A DNA stretch of 64,000 nucleotides from Convolutriloba macropyga (taxonomy: Eukaryota). Below the pieces are notes generated by a model that was given only the letters and a program-made list of their open reading frames with translations, was not told where the DNA came from and did no database searches. Location of the stretch: NCBI RefSeq assembly GCF_964194025.1, contig NC_134477.1:17360001-17424000 (forward strand), written 5' to 3'. This document shows positions 48,201 through 62,099 of the stretch, in pieces (within the stretch, counting starts at the first letter, position 1; every line of letters begins with the position of its first letter). Both the position numbers and the translations under genes were made by a program.

Positions 48201-50513
48201 CCTTTTCACCTTGCATTTAGACCTTGGAGCAGTTTCAGCACATTAAGCAAATAAACGACTACTACAGACAAATGTCCTCTATTGCAACTTAATGCCCGCC
48301 GAGCTTTATGTTTATCCAGCTTCAAATTGTGAAAGTCATGGAAAAAGTTATAAAAACATCTTTAAAGAAAAATAGCAGGACGTGTCCTGAATTACAATCC
48401 GGAGAACTGACTAAACTAATGACCATACGATTACTTTTATACAGCAACAACATCTAAAACAAAGCCCTTGAACCTATACACGCAAAAATGAACAGAAAAT
48501 TCAAAGTACTAGTAACTTTCCTTTTCCAAATTATAGTACTTATAGAATCACTAAAAATAACAACAACTTTTAAAAACATTGACTTTATGCATCGTTAGAA
48601 TAAGTGCATAATACAATAATCTTGTGGGAATCAATAACATAGCACAATAGAGGCAAAAACTGAATGAAATTGACAAGAACAAGAAATTTTGAAAATAAGT
48701 GGGGCCAACTTGAGAGAACCTCAAAACTACAATCCAAAACCGTTAACCAAGATATAATATTTCGTAAACCACGAAAATTCTGAAATTCATAAAACACTTT
48801 TCAGCAGTTCTAATGGCTGAAAAATGGACAAAAGAACTAAAAATGAAAGCAAGATTCGCAATTTCAGTTAAACCCTTCAAAAACAAATGGTATCTCAGTG
48901 AAAAAAAAAATGTCTAAAACCGGAGCCTATAAACTGACTTATTTTTGAGACTAAGTGAAAAGACCAATGCAAAAACACTTAAGATCAAATCAACTTTTAT
49001 TCTTCAAAAAGCAGTTGTCAAAATCTTAAAAACGATTGCCGTGAAAAAAAAACAAGTAATTAGATTCACTCATAACTCATTAGCAACCGATTAAATCTAC
49101 CATTAATGAGATTACGTTAAAAAAAATAGTAATACGTACAATAAACACATTAAAAATCAGTAATTTTTTTGAAAAATAAATGCGTAAAAATTAAAAAAAC
49201 AACTGAAAACTGAAACAACTAAATCGATTAATTTAGGTATCCTTGGCAACCGATGAGGCTTGTCATTAAAGAAACCAAGAGATGAAACAAATTGAGTACT
49301 AAAACTCCAGAAAGTCGATGATATTTCTTGAAAAGAAAAAAATCACAGTCAGAAATCAGCTTTGAATCGAAACAATCAAATCCACTAAAATAATTCGTAT
49401 TAGCAACCTATGAGAGCTGTCCCTAATGAGCTTAAACGATAAGACAAAAAGTACTCAAAACAAAAATCGTTAATAAATTTTGAGAACAAATAGTGTCAAA
49501 GTCTCAAAACCGATAGTCATAAACTCAAACACTTAATTAGGTTCATTTATGCTTCATTATCAACCAATGATGCTGTCATTAATGATACTAGGTGTTAAGA
49601 CAACTGATATTAAAAAAGCGCAAACGCAAAATTTTCAAAATTTTATGACAAAAAATGGTGTCCAAGTAACAAAAAATAGCATTAGCTGCCCACCGACGAG
49701 TTCAATCAATTGCTCATGGATGCCATTAGAAAACATATGTATCATATTAATAGCACTCAGGAGAAGAAACACTGAAAACAGCAGTTAAATTGCTGCACGT
49801 TATAAAAAAATCGCTTTTCATTCCACTTTGAAGGTGCTTGAAACAAATCACGCTGCAAACCAACTCGCTTTCTGCTCCCTTTTATACTCCGTGATTAAAA
49901 TCAGCGCTCTAATTTGACTTCTCATTGACTCGAAAAAGCCGAAAAAATCGTGAACAGGTTATTAAAAAAGACAGCACACTAATACAACACAAGTACTTTG
50001 GATTGTAAAAAAAACAGCGACACAATAAAATTTAAATTCTTAAAATCAGTAATAGCCCTATATATCGCTTGGCGGCTATTAATGAGTTTATTGATACCAT
50101 AATATACAGACTACTGTAATCTAACAACATTATATGCAGGAAAATGCTATATTCGAAAACGGATGCAATAAAAAATTGAAAAATTTGGCTGTAATAATCC
50201 GAATTTCAAAAAGATCCGACTTTAAATTTAAATTCGTCGCATAGAAATTTGCAAAGATTTCAAAATATTTGAGTTTTTAATAGAGATTTTAACTTACATC
50301 TGAAGCAACTTTTTGGCAGAGAGAAATCGTATAATCATCCTTGTTTGCGGTATCTTTATATGTCACGGATCCGACATTGTGAGCCAGTTTTATCAAATCT
50401 TGGTCAATATTAGTGTCAGAGGTAGCTCCACTCAGCTCACAATCAAAATCTTCAGCTGAACATGAATAAGCAAGAATAGCAACTAAAGCAACTAGATTCA
50501 GCACGCGATCCAT
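45271..50513 (-). CDS. M6PR: Cation-dependent mannose-6-phosphate receptor-like protein (exons 50513-50298 and 45957-45271, ~300 aa)
   Basis: Signal peptide, MRH-type cysteines (W.LI.F.GGD.Y...C...RR....I.C...C.YLFE.D...C), a transmembrane helix, YKR...ARGWEQLPN..W, and an acidic dileucine tail DDNLLSM. The intron is phase 0, GTAAGT...TTTCAG. Confidence 0.9.
46430..46697 (-). repeat. Interspersed GC-rich repeat, copy 2 (in the M6PR-like intron)
   Basis: TTGGCTGCACGGGGCCCTTACGGCCTGAAC core flanked by G-runs; inverted homolog of 40978-41230. Confidence 0.75.
47450..48720. repeat. Diverged ~300-bp direct duplication within the intron (47450-47760 vs 48400-48720)
   Basis: Shared GAGAACTG.CTAAAC, CAACATCTAA, AGCCCTTG, AGAATCACT.AAAA, TAAGTGCA, ATACAATAATC.TGTGGGAATCA. 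Other intron segments recur upstream of the gene (47360-47450 vs 52810-52900; 49870-49975 vs 53315-53430). Confidence 0.7.
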
Positions 50514-53500
50514 ACTAGACCTGAAAATAAGGTAGCACAAAATAAGAATGTACAAATAAATGTCAACACTTAAACCATTGTGTTTAGTTTTAATGTCTGT
50601 CCTACTTTTTCTCCCCGAGAAATTTTTGATTTATTAACAGTCTGAAAACCAAACTGATTAGGCTAATTGCCCGTTCGCTTGTAGCACCAAAGGAAGGTAA
50701 CATTTGAGATACAATTAAGTATCTGCAAAATCCAGCATTAGTAGTCAATTTCAATAATGGTTCAATTATATATATTTCCATAATTTTAATTACAGTTTAT
50801 GAATGTCAAGTGCAGTTGCCACAGTGTAACTTTACGGCTGAAGAGACGAATAAACAGGAAATAAAAGTTTGAAAAAAGTTCATGCGAAAAAATTCATAGG
50901 TCACAGGATTTTCTTATGACATCAGAAATGCTACCTGCAGAGCTTTTAATTACTAGTGTATACGGTAAGATACCTTCAATTTTAACTCAAAATTTCTGGT
51001 TTATGCCGCTCAAATAAGATGTTTTCAAAATTGCTTCCAAGGAACTCAACATTGACTCAATTTGTTGAAATCTGAGCTACAGTACATTTGAAACAATTCG
51101 GATCGTTTTCAGTTGTTGTACAAGCAAATTGAGTCTCTACAGCTCTGAAAAAAGTAAAATTAAGACTTCATTTTTTTGATGGCTAGACATACAGACCCAT
51201 TGCCCTTGAGTTCCTTCTTTCTCTTATTTGAGCCATTGTTATATACGAATGATATGCTTCTGCATCGAAAAATCACAAGAAGAAATCATAGAACTGTCAC
51301 TTACTTATTGGCACAGTTGATAACAGCAATCAACTTGAAATTTTTTAAATGCTGATCTTGAGCGAACAGAATAAAATACAAAACAATTTCTTGGAAATCA
51401 AATTAAGGTGCACCTTGGTTTAAAGTTTAATTAAATCCTTTTCACTATATCACTGCAGTTCAAGATGAAAAGGGGGTGATGTTAAGCGGAAAAAAAATTG
51501 AAATTTCGCCATCGAGTAAATAACCTCACTATGAAGTGAAAGTGTCGACCTCATTATATCCAAAGGACATTTAAACAGCAAATTTAAAGCATGTAATAAA
51601 TTATTTGCTCTCTGATATAATACATTCAAAAATGAACTCAAATAAATATCTGTTGGTTCAGTAGTTCTCAAACGATTAAAAGGCTATATAATCTACTGGT
51701 GATCCCCGTTAACTTTTGTTGTTCAAACAAGTTGCCGAAAACAAAAACTGGGAATGAAGAAACCTTATCGGCGCCTAAGAGGTATCAATAACTAAGTGCC
51801 TTTAAAATCGATCACCGAATACTAAGATTTTATTTTTAAAATAAAGAAAAAGGTGTCCATGGGAATATAAATTGTGCTTCTCACTGATCATGGCTTTCAT
51901 ACATAAATATATTCTGAGAGAATTAGGTTATTTAAAAAAAATACATTCCCCTTATAAAATAAAGTATCAAGACGGCTCGTGTGAGTCTGTGCGTAGCAGA
52001 GAATGTTCCAACATACCACTCAGACCACGTCTAAAGTTTTGTTATCAAGAAACGGGTTTATTCATGTTAAACAGTATTTGGAACGTCAACTTAAATTAAT
52101 TAACTTTATTTAATGCATTTTTCATGCCGAAAAAGGTGCATCCGAATCAAAATTACTACGGAGCTCGCGAAACAAAAAAATCGTTCAAATAAAAATAACC
52201 TGAGATCTATTATAATTGCCTCTAATACCTCAAAAAAACTTCTGTTCCCTGCCTATCAACTGAGTCTTATGCACAACATGATAATCCCTCTCAATTCGGG
52301 ATATTTCAAAAAAGTGTTACAGATATTTCGACAACACAAACATAACAATAACTAAGTTTCGAGCAAAAAGCAAATTTTGGAAAACTAGGTTTAAAAGAAA
52401 TAAATTAAATGGCAACTTGACATTAACTTCTTCAAACATAACTGAAAGCGTTTTATGAAAGTTTGTTGAGAAAAACAGATTAAATCATAAAATAGAAAAA
52501 AGCACAATCAAATATTGAAAAATTTAGCATTCCAAACATTTAGCCGCAATAGCTTCGTAGATCTGCAGTCTCAAAAAGATAGTATAAGAAACAGACCAAA
52601 AAAATTCTCTTAAACTCGCAAAGGTTACATTTTGATTAGGAATCGGTCAAACTTATTGCTGCTTCTAATAGCCGCTCTCAAATAAACATCAACTGGAGTG
52701 ACACACTATCTCCTTGAATTATTGTAAAAAAGCCGACTTACCGCACTCTCATTTCTGCGAGAGCGGTAAGTCACGTGTTACCAAAAACTTCATCACGCGA
52801 ACGAGCAAAAACTCACTCCACTAAGAGTGAAAAATGACGTCACGCACGCAATTCAATTGAAATTGTATAAACAAATGAACAAAAAGCAAATTTGAAGTGA
52901 TTGCGACGTCATATGGTCGTGAAATAAATCTTGACGAATAAAAAAAACATAGCAGGACAAGTCCCGACGTACAATTCAAAGAATTTTCGTTGACTAAACA
53001 AAAACTAGGCCTAGAACGGGCAATGAGTGAATTAGGAAAACCCTTTCCAAAATATTCAGATCAAAAAGATTTTAAAAACTAAAATCAATGTCAAAATGCC
53101 GCATGTGAACAAAAACCACTAGCGAGAAATAGAAATTTGGTTCAAACAAAAAACTATGCCTAGAATGAAATATGAAAGGATTGGGGAAACCATTTGGAAA
53201 AAATCCAATCCAAAAAATCGAAAAAAAATAAAAATCAAAGCACAATTGCCCCATGTGAAAAAGACCACTAGCAAAAAAGCAAATTTTTGTTCAAACACCG
53301 TTTTCATACTCTACTTTAAAATTAGAGTTAAAAAATTCCACGCCGCAAAACCACTCGCGAATCACGACTCCAATTTGACTTGAAAAATCATGAAAATGTG
53401 TGAACAGATGATCTTAAAAAAAGACAGCGCCCCAAAAAAATTCAAATTCTTTTCAAAGAAAGAAAGTGAGAACGTGTTATTTCTCCTTAATTTTCTAGAT

Positions 53501-54099
53501 GATTTCATCATTCCATGAATTCTTTCACAATAATAAAAAAAAGCAACTGTCTTTTTCTCAAAAACTTACTCAAAATGAATACTATACATTTTGACTCTCA
53601 TGCACAACCGCATGATGCTCTTCTTTATTTGTCAACTTCATCCGAATGAGAAATTGTCAGGAGGTTTCGATAAGGATGTGCCGCAAAAATACTAATAGCT
53701 TATCAAGTTTGAGAAAATGAAATTATTGAAATATTTGAATGCTTTACGCTTAATGGCTCTCGAAGAACAAGTAGGGGTTGGATTTGGTTTTTGGATGGCT
53801 GAAGCTACGGGGATTAGCTTCAGAGGCCGAGGACGACAACAGCTAGAGACTAGAGGGGGATGGGGAGAGAAGGCTGTCCAAGATTTCCTTGTAAACTATG
53901 AAAATCGGCCTCTTAAGCGTTCTTCAGCAGCTTTGCTGAACCGTACAATTAGAGATGTAAAGCTCTAAGTGCGCTCTTCAGAAAATAAATGCCCTACGGC
54001 TTTCCCAGTCTTTGATGACCACGTGCATTTGCGTTTATAAAAATAAAGTCAACTTAAATCGCTCAAGCAAGCGAAAAACTGTTGTTTTTGTTGATGTAG

Positions 54100-57000
54100 A
54101 TTTACAGCCGATGGCTGATGGGAGTCTATCCTTGGCCAGTCGTTTAAAATCTGTTCCAGTTATTTCTGCACGTATGGCAATAGCAGGCTAGTTGCCATGT
54201 GCAGGTGTTATCTATGAAAAATATTTGTTGACAAAAATCCACATCACGTTCAGGATTCTGTTTTTCAGGCCTTCCCTTTTCAAAAAGTCGAAATCAGAGT
54301 TCGTTTTGTTGACAGTTCTCGCGGTTTTGAAGATGAACTCACTTCTGGCTTTTTTGAGTCTTACTTTCCTCAAATTGAACAGTTCAGTGCTTCGTCCTCT
54401 AGATTCAGTTAGCTCAGAAAATTCGACTCCGTCAGGTTTTTCGTGAAAGAATTTCGAAAACGTGAGAAGGTCATTCAGCTGCATATACATTGGAAGCGGT
54501 AGTATATTCAGTAGCTGCAGGCTTGTCAGGTACTGTCCTTCAAGTTGGCTGGTTATCCATTTGACAGCTCTTCTTTGAAACTTCTCGATGTTTTGAAGGT
54601 CAGTTTTCGTCATTTGGACACAGTTCATTCCGAAGAGCAGCACAGGCGAAACGAGTGATTTATACAGTCCCAGTTTAATGAACGTCTTGACTTTCAAAAC
54701 CACATTTTCTCTTAATGCGTGGAGAACTCTGTTGGATTTCTTCAGACGAGCGTTGACATGTGCTGACCAAGACAAATTGATGCAAACTGATCCCCAGATC
54801 CTTTATTTCATGTGGAGAGTTACGTTTCTCTCAGCCCAGGATATGGTCGACTTGGCTTCCGCGAAAGATGATTTGAGCACATTTCTCAAAATCAAGTCAC
54901 ATTTTGTTGTTTTTCACCCATCGTTCGATTGCCAGTACATCCTCCTGCACTTCTTCGGAGGTTTTCGCAATCGCTAGGAGCAGCAAAGGTCGTCAACAAA
55001 GATGAACTTGAGCACTTCGGTTAGATCGGTAATGAAGACGCAGAACAACAAGGATCCAAGAAGTGAACCCTGTGGTACTCTACTTGTGACATTTAGTGTT
55101 TTCGAGTCGGCATTTTCCTGTCCTTTAAGTAATCGTATAGGAAATCGAGGAAGCAGCCTCCGACTCCCATTTGTGCCACTTTCTTCCGCAGTTCAAAATG
55201 TGAACTCTGTCGAACGCTTCACAGAAGTCAGAATAGAATGCCATGATTTCATCGTGTTTTGTCAAGTTTTTGTCAAGTGCCTCGTAGAATCTTTTCAGAA
55301 AAGAAATCATGTTCGTTAGTACTGATATTCGAACCATGTTGGTATTGTGTCAGGTAGTTCACAAAATACTCGGATAGTGCTCTCTCTGTACATTAGCTTC
55401 TCCAGTACTTTACTAACGATGTTCAATAAGGAGACAGGGCGGTAATTTTCAACCATTTTTTTCTCCCTTCTTGTAGATTGGAGATATAGCTGCCACTATC
55501 CAAAACTTTGGGATTTTTCGAAGCCTTTTGATGTTCCTTAGCAGTTTGTGGAGGCACTTACTAATGTGGAAGGCTGTTTTCTAGAACAAGATTGGAGGGT
55601 ATCTGTTGGGTCTTCAAGATTTTTTGTTATCAAGAGCAACCAAGATGTCGACGATTTTAGTTTGCGGAAAGCTGAAGTTCGTCAGCTTAGGGTTTTCACA
55701 TTTGATATCTGAGAGGTTGAACTCAACTTTCGGAGAGTAAACGGATTGAAAGAAATCATTCAGGAAGTCAACCTTTTTTGGAGGCTGGAAGATGCAACTC
55801 CGTTTCTCGTCATCACTTTGGTGAGGGAAGTTGATTTATTTAGACTTTACAGATGCTTGAAGATCAGGTTTGTATCTCTAGTCGACATAACTTTTTCTTG
55901 GTACATCACCCAATCACACTCTGCACCTTCAGTGACCAAGTTTTCATCTTGGTTACCAGATTTTTTCTAGCTAGTTGGCCTCAATTCTAGCTGTCGTTTT
56001 TGTGTCTTCAGTCTCATCAGATTCTAAGTACCGGGGGTGATCCATGGTGGTAGTGACTGACGATGTCTGGTCCTCCTGGGTACGTGAATTCCAATGTTTT
56101 TTCAAGTATTCATAGAATTTGTTGCACATACTGTCAATGTTTGAGTAACAGACTGCTTCAAACTCAGCTTGCTTCATGGTTTGATTCACTTACGAGTTGT
56201 CTGCGCTACTAAAACTTCGAAAGTTGTCGATGGGAGGTTTGATTTCCTGGTTTGGGATTTCCAGTAAAAAACAGATTGCATCATGATCGGAGTAATTATA
56301 TGATTGCGAGAACTCATCGTCTTTTCGCGCTACTTGAGAGCAGTTATCGAATAAAACTAAATCGAGTAGCTTGCTTCCTCTCGTCTCGAAGTCAACTGCT
56401 TGCTGTAAAAATTTGAATTCATCAAGTCTAAGATTTCTTGTTTCTGGTCATCATCACCTGTGAGGTTACTCCAGTTGGCGTTTGGGAAATGCAGGTGCCC
56501 CAAGATGATTTTCGAGGCCTTGTTGGTTAGACTTTTTACTATTCTCTTGAAACCAGGAAGCTCGTATCGATAGTTACTGCCTTTTGGGGGGTTGTAGAAG
56601 CAACAGATGTAGATGGGGTCTCCGTACACAACAACTTTACACGTTACGCAGCATTCTGTTTGTTCGTGTGACACTACTTCAGCATTGATTGTATTCTTTA
56701 TTACTATGAAAACGCCTCCATGCATGTTGCTTCCCCCTAGTCGTTTTCTTTCTGATCTAAAATTCGAGTAGTCACCGAGTAAGAGATCGGAGTCGTTAAT
56801 GTCCTCGTTGAGCCAGTTTCACACAGGCATATTAAGTTGTACTCAGCTTTTCTCTGTGCACTCCTTCCTCAGTGAGTTCTCGGCGACGCTTTAGACACAT
56901 TTTCTTTTGTAACTTCCTTTCGTCATGGCTGGGAGGATGTAGAGATTCCTCTGCTGGATTTTCTCGCATTTCGATACATTTTGCGACTGCTAGCCTGGCC

Positions 57001-57840
57001 TCAAGATCCGTAGCCAGTGTTACCAGAAGTGTCCTAGGTTTGGTCTGACTTTTGTCAAATGTTCCCAACCTTCGCAGTTCTTGTATTTGTGATTTGACTA
57101 CGACAGTGTCCAAGACCTCTTGTGCTTCGTCGGTGGTGGGAACAAGATTTTCTGATTTAATTTTACTGGGGTCCTCTTTGACCCCTTGGATTCGAAAACT
57201 TTCGGATGTCGTGATCCTGAGTTTTTGACTCAATTTTTGCCCGGGAGGGCCTGCTTCAGCCGATTTGGGATTGACGGCTATGGCACCTGCGTAACTCTTT
57301 TCCGTTTTATCATATGTGCTCTTGACGGCATTGTCAACCTTGTCATGCACAATCGTAGTTAGCCTTTCTTCCATGCCCAGGAGCCGATCATTCACCTCCA
57401 GGGAATCCGGCTTGGATGTTTCCATCGTTTTCTCAATGGTGCGAGACCTGATGAAGGAGTCCCTTCGGTCATTGTCCAGACATGCATTACAAAGGAGCAT
57501 TGAAAGGGGACCTAGCTCCTTTATTCCATTGATGGCTACTTGCGAGAAGCCAGTACAAGTTAGCTCAAGGTGCATGCTGCGATTACATGATGCACATGTG
57601 TATCTTGGGGCTTCTTGTGCAATCACCTGCTTACAGCGTTTACACTTCTTAGTGAGACACGGGAAAGAAAAGTAGAAAGGAGTATAGAAATGAAAAACAT
57701 ATGGAGTTGATGACTCGACACTGAACAATTAAGCTCAGAAAAACAATTTGCCAAAAATTAGGAGCAGTGATGGTCCGGTATTCAGCAATTAAGCTCAGAA
57801 AACCAGATTTAGGTACTGAAAATTAAGCTCAGGTTTTCGT
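54100..57840 (-). mobile_element. Near full-length decayed CR1-group LINE (PHD-finger ORF1; APE-RT ORF2 with many frameshifts)
   Basis: ORF1 56832-57728 has CxxC...CxxC...H...C...CxxC and RRLG...PR.LLV. Endonuclease motifs are GGVFI, YNPP and SDH. RT remnants include NYRPVSLL, AFDRV, PQGS.LG and FVDD. Three AATTAAGCTCAG repeats mark the 5' end. Confidence 0.9.
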
Positions 57841-57847
57841 TTTTTGT

Positions 57848-58195
57848 TCAGAAGCGATTCAGATCGAAGTTGTTTCGAATGATGTTTAAGCTATGTAGCT
57901 CGTTATCGTGTTTCTGATGTAGCTCTCGCAGATCAGCTTTAAGTTCAGCACTCTTCTGTTTGACACGTGAAATTATATCAGTGGAGACGTTGACAACAGG
58001 AATGCTGAGCTTCCTCAGATCCATCAGTATGTCGTCAGCTCCGTCTCGTTTGCAGTATACTAATCGAACGATCTGAGGCAGGGCCCGTGTTTCGTGAAGT
58101 TCGTATGCAGAGAGGGGTTCACGGTTATCAGTCGGATGCTCAGTCGTTGGCACGATTGTCTGCCAGCGCTTTGTGAAGAGAACTTTTTGCAACAA
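57848..58195 (-). other. Unassigned 115-codon ORF with a coiled-coil-like C-terminus
   Basis: Open frame with protein-like composition; no recognisable family. Confidence 0.25.
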
Positions 58196-58955
58196 TCATA
58201 ACCATACTCAAGGGGCCACCACAGCTGCCCCGAAATTAATTCAACCTGAAACTATTTAATAAGAATGCTGTAGTTCGAGAACAATAAGACTGTTCGAGAA
58301 TGTTGTAGTTGTTCGAGATAAAACGGTTTTCGCGAATACAAAAACTTTGCAAACACAGAAAGCGAAGCGTTAAACCGTCACTCGAGACGTTAAATAGAAG
58401 TAATATTCTAGAACAAAACGATCAACTAAAATTTTACACAAAAACACAAACACATTTATAATAAGTGCTCCGAACTTCGATAGGAAGCCATTATAAAAAA
58501 TGATTATTATTGTTAAAAAATAGTTCGTTTCTGGTTTTACAAAATTAAAAAATATGGAAAACGGATTGATTGGTAATCCGATTTTCTTTCGAATTTTAAA
58601 TTTCTTTGGAAATTAAAAATTCAAATTCAGAAGCAAGGGAAATTGAAAACTGCTCCATCGGCCCATTTTAGTTTATTTTTTTATATGAATGAATGTAGAC
58701 TATAGGAGCTATTAAAAAATGTTTCTATATGTTCTCTTGAATGAATAAGAGAGTGTTCTCTACTAATAATACGCTTCAAAGTTAACAATCAATTAAGCAA
58801 GAAAACAGGAAATACAGGACCCAAAAACTTGCTAACTCTCGTTTGAGAGCAATCAATAAAAAATGATATCAACTGAAAGAAATTTTTTAATAAAGCTCTT
58901 TACTATTAACAGAAATATAAATATTCACATATTTACAATAGATCACGAACTGTCG

Positions 58956-60104
58956 TCAAAAATCATGGAGTAAAATTTGTTCAAAATTTGAAGGACACTT
59001 TAAATCGCCGAGCCCAAAAAATGGATTGATTTGCAATGCAATTAAATCAGTCACAAATTCAGTTTTCAATTTTTCAGCACAGGCTGGAGCTCCATTGATC
59101 TCTAGCAAATATACATTACCGTTCACATCGAGCATGTAATCAAACCCAAAGACTTGAAAGAACTGCATACTTTCATCAGGGTAAATTCGACATTTATCCT
59201 TTATACAAGATAAGCACAACGCTGCAACAGATTTTAATTCCTCGCAAATTCTGCTTAACTCAAAACAAAACGACTCCTTTAAAATAGCTTCAAATTCGTC
59301 AAAAAATATTTCGTTATTTATTTCGTACTTGCCAAAATTCTCCGACAGCTCTTCTTGCAGGCAGTGATTACTTAAATGAGAAACCTTATTCGAAAAGTCA
59401 TGCATATCGTAGGGTTCAGAGCAGGTTCTGACGACGCCTTTCTTGTAAAAGAAGGCTTCAAACTTGTCAGTGACGACCACCCAACACCTGATATCGAATT
59501 TTCTCTTTCCATTTGGAAGTAACAGTGGATCGGTAATGTATTCCTGGACAACAAAACTTGATTTCTGTTGCTCCACATGATCAATCACCCGACTGTAATC
59601 ATCGGTTATGAAGATCCCGTCACCTTTAGCTCCTGATGTTGCCTAAAGACAAATTCTGGATACATTTCAAAACTACAATTTCTTCAAAAGCAGCCATAAG
59701 TCATTCACCTTCACAATGCAGGCTCTGGAACCTTGGCTCATGAAAAGCTGCAGATCACTCCGATCATCACAGTTTGCTCGCCCAGGAGAAACGATAAAGG
59801 AGGTGGGCAACCAGTTCGACTTATCCAGCTTGAAAAAACGCAAGCTGCGTACCAATTGGCATTTCTTACAAATAACATTACTTCCTCTGTAGTAGTTCAC
59901 AAGTAATTTTTTGTTGTTTACGAAAATGGAAAGCTGAGAAAACGGAAGATTATTTCGCTCGCCTAAATACAAATCACATTTGAAACGATTGCTGTTCGAC
60001 GAATCATTCCAATTTGGACAATCTAATAGTTGTCTAAGCAATTCTGCGTATATTGAGCTATTTTCATCTGCTAGCGTAACTGTGAGTGCATTGCTCTTTG
60101 ACAT
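58956..60104 (-). CDS. TTL: Tubulin--tyrosine ligase (exons 60104-59709 and 59642-58956, ~360 aa)
   Basis: TTL-specific motifs DENSSIY.E, LGERN.LPF, LVNYYRG, spliced IVK|ATSGAKGDGI, VVQEYI..PLLL, RKFDIR.WV, HLSNHCLQ, YE..NE.FF, FQVFGFD, EINGAPACA. The 66-nt GT-AG intron keeps the frame. Confidence 0.95.
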
Positions 60105-60257
60105 AATTTTCTGAAAGAAAGCTGAAATAAGCGAACGTTTCAAAAGGTATTGGACAGAGTTCGAAGGTGACGTTCTCGTTTGAATGATGACAACATTCAT
60201 GCTGAATTGCATTTTTTGCCAATTGTTGTGATAAACTTATTAAATAGAACAAAGGCT

Positions 60258-60420
60258 GGATCTTTTCCCTTTGTGCCCCCAGTACTTTACGCTCCCCGGT
60301 TACAGAGCACGTGCCATAGCATAGTAAATCATCATGTTAAAATATGGCACGTGCGTCTGGGGGATTAAATAGTATGCATACCCACTAAGCTGAGGGTGGG
60401 GGCACAAACGGAAAAGATCC
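60258..60420 (+). mobile_element. 163-bp MITE, best-preserved copy
   Basis: 23-bp TIRs GGATCTTTTCCCTTTGTGCCCCC / GGGGGCACAAACGGAAAAGATCC with 1 mismatch; no ORF. Confidence 0.85.
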
Positions 60421-61259
60421 CTAAGGTTATACTGTAAAATTTCCCTTTTTCAAAACGTCTGATTTATCAACTGTATCTAGGAACACGTACCAGCTTTTTC
60501 AGAGTTCAAGAGGGCCCAAATGAGTTCTACCGGACCAAATCTCGAAAACTTCCCAGTCCCGTCCCGTTAACTTGGACTGATGAAAAACAAAAACTAAATT
60601 AAGAAATGTCCCTCCGCAACACTGGGTGAATATTGATGGTCCAGGGCTCTCCCAGCACTACGCCTCCACAAAGCAATTCGCAACATCAGCTGAGAAAACA
60701 TAAAACAAAAGACAGGTAAATCTTGAAAACAGACTAATGGCAAAAGTAGATGAGTCGAACTAACAGACTCCTTTTTGCAACAACAGCTCCCATTGAAGCA
60801 TCAACAACTGAAGCATCTCCAATCGAAGCGCAGTTCTCTACATCCTCGCGGGCACTGACTGGGGGTACGACAAGGCCAACCTGCTACGCACCTACATCGC
60901 AACGGGAAGAACAGAGTTCAGTACGCTGGACCGGCCTAGCAACAGTGGATATCAAAAACAAGCAGGTAACAGCTAGAAAAGAGCCAGAGATTTGCAGCTC
61001 GAGCCATTAAGTGACATCTGAAGACAACCCCTGTCCAGGAAGTACTGAACGAAGCAGAGCTCAATACCATTCATTGTACCGCCTCTCAACAAGCAGCAAT
61101 CGCATCCGACAAATCGCTTCGGCTAACAAGTACAAACCCCAGGAGCATAGCCGAAAAGCGAGTACACCAACGGACCACTAAGCAACGCTGGCGAAGTAAA
61201 GCTACGGAATCGGGGAAGAATATCTTTGGAACCAAGATAGAGGCAGCCCCCTTTGCTGG

Positions 61260-62031
61260 ACCTAGGAAACCTTGATGCAAAACGGAACGATCGGACACAA
61301 AAAAAAGCGATCCACCGGATGTCCAGAGGCGCCAAGCCCTCGTCAAGATCTTTAAAAACCGCAACTGACAAAGATCTTTGTATTCACGTGGCCGCTGATG
61401 TATCGTGGAAACAGCATAATGAAGAAAGAAGGAAGAAAGCAAATAAAGTTTTGTACATGCTTAAGCGAAGTGTTGCAACTAAAGTAAACACGATTGTGAA
61501 ATTGGGATTAAAAAAGTCCTTAATTGTGCCGGTACTGCAGTATTGTTTCGCGTGCTTGACTGCAGGAAGAACTGAAATTCAAAATCTGGAAAAGTTTCAA
61601 AAAAGTTAGTCAAATAGATAACGGGAAAAAAAGATACAGAATACAAAAGCCAGCTTCGACTATTAAACATATTGTCACTGCCAAAATTTATCCAGCTTAA
61701 CAATCTACTACTAGTTTCAAAAGCTCTGAATGAAGAAAATAGCGGCATCGAACTACCAGAAGTACATTCGAAAGAAACAAGGAACAACGAAATCTTAAAA
61801 ATGAAGAAAACTGGAACAGAGAAAACAGGCAGCGAAATCACCTTCAAAACCTGTCGAATTGTAAACCGCCTAGAAAACTCAATAATTTTGAGAGAACCAG
61901 TTGGACTAAAAAACCGAATATTACAAACAATGTGGAATTTTTTCGAGAACAAGTTTTGTGAGCGAAATATTTGCACTTGGCAATTTTTCTCCAATTGTCA
62001 AAACTGTAGAAATTATTGGACAATATTTTAA
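61260..62031 (+). mobile_element. 3' fragment of a CR1-group LINE related to the 54-58 kb element
   Basis: SW..H...R.KKANKVL..L....K..VKLGL.KSL..PVL, LLNIL.LP...QLN.LL and GLKNRIL..MW.F all align with ORF 54212-54775. Confidence 0.85.
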
Positions 62032-62099
62032 TTTGTTGACTGCGACCTTAGACCTCTAAGGACAGCTGTAAATCCCCAACAACAACAACAATAAGTTCA

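Noticed and set aside
60600-61250. Short ORFs 60750-61010 and 61086-61442
   Set aside because: No recognisable domains; probably degraded repeat sequence adjoining the LINE fragment.
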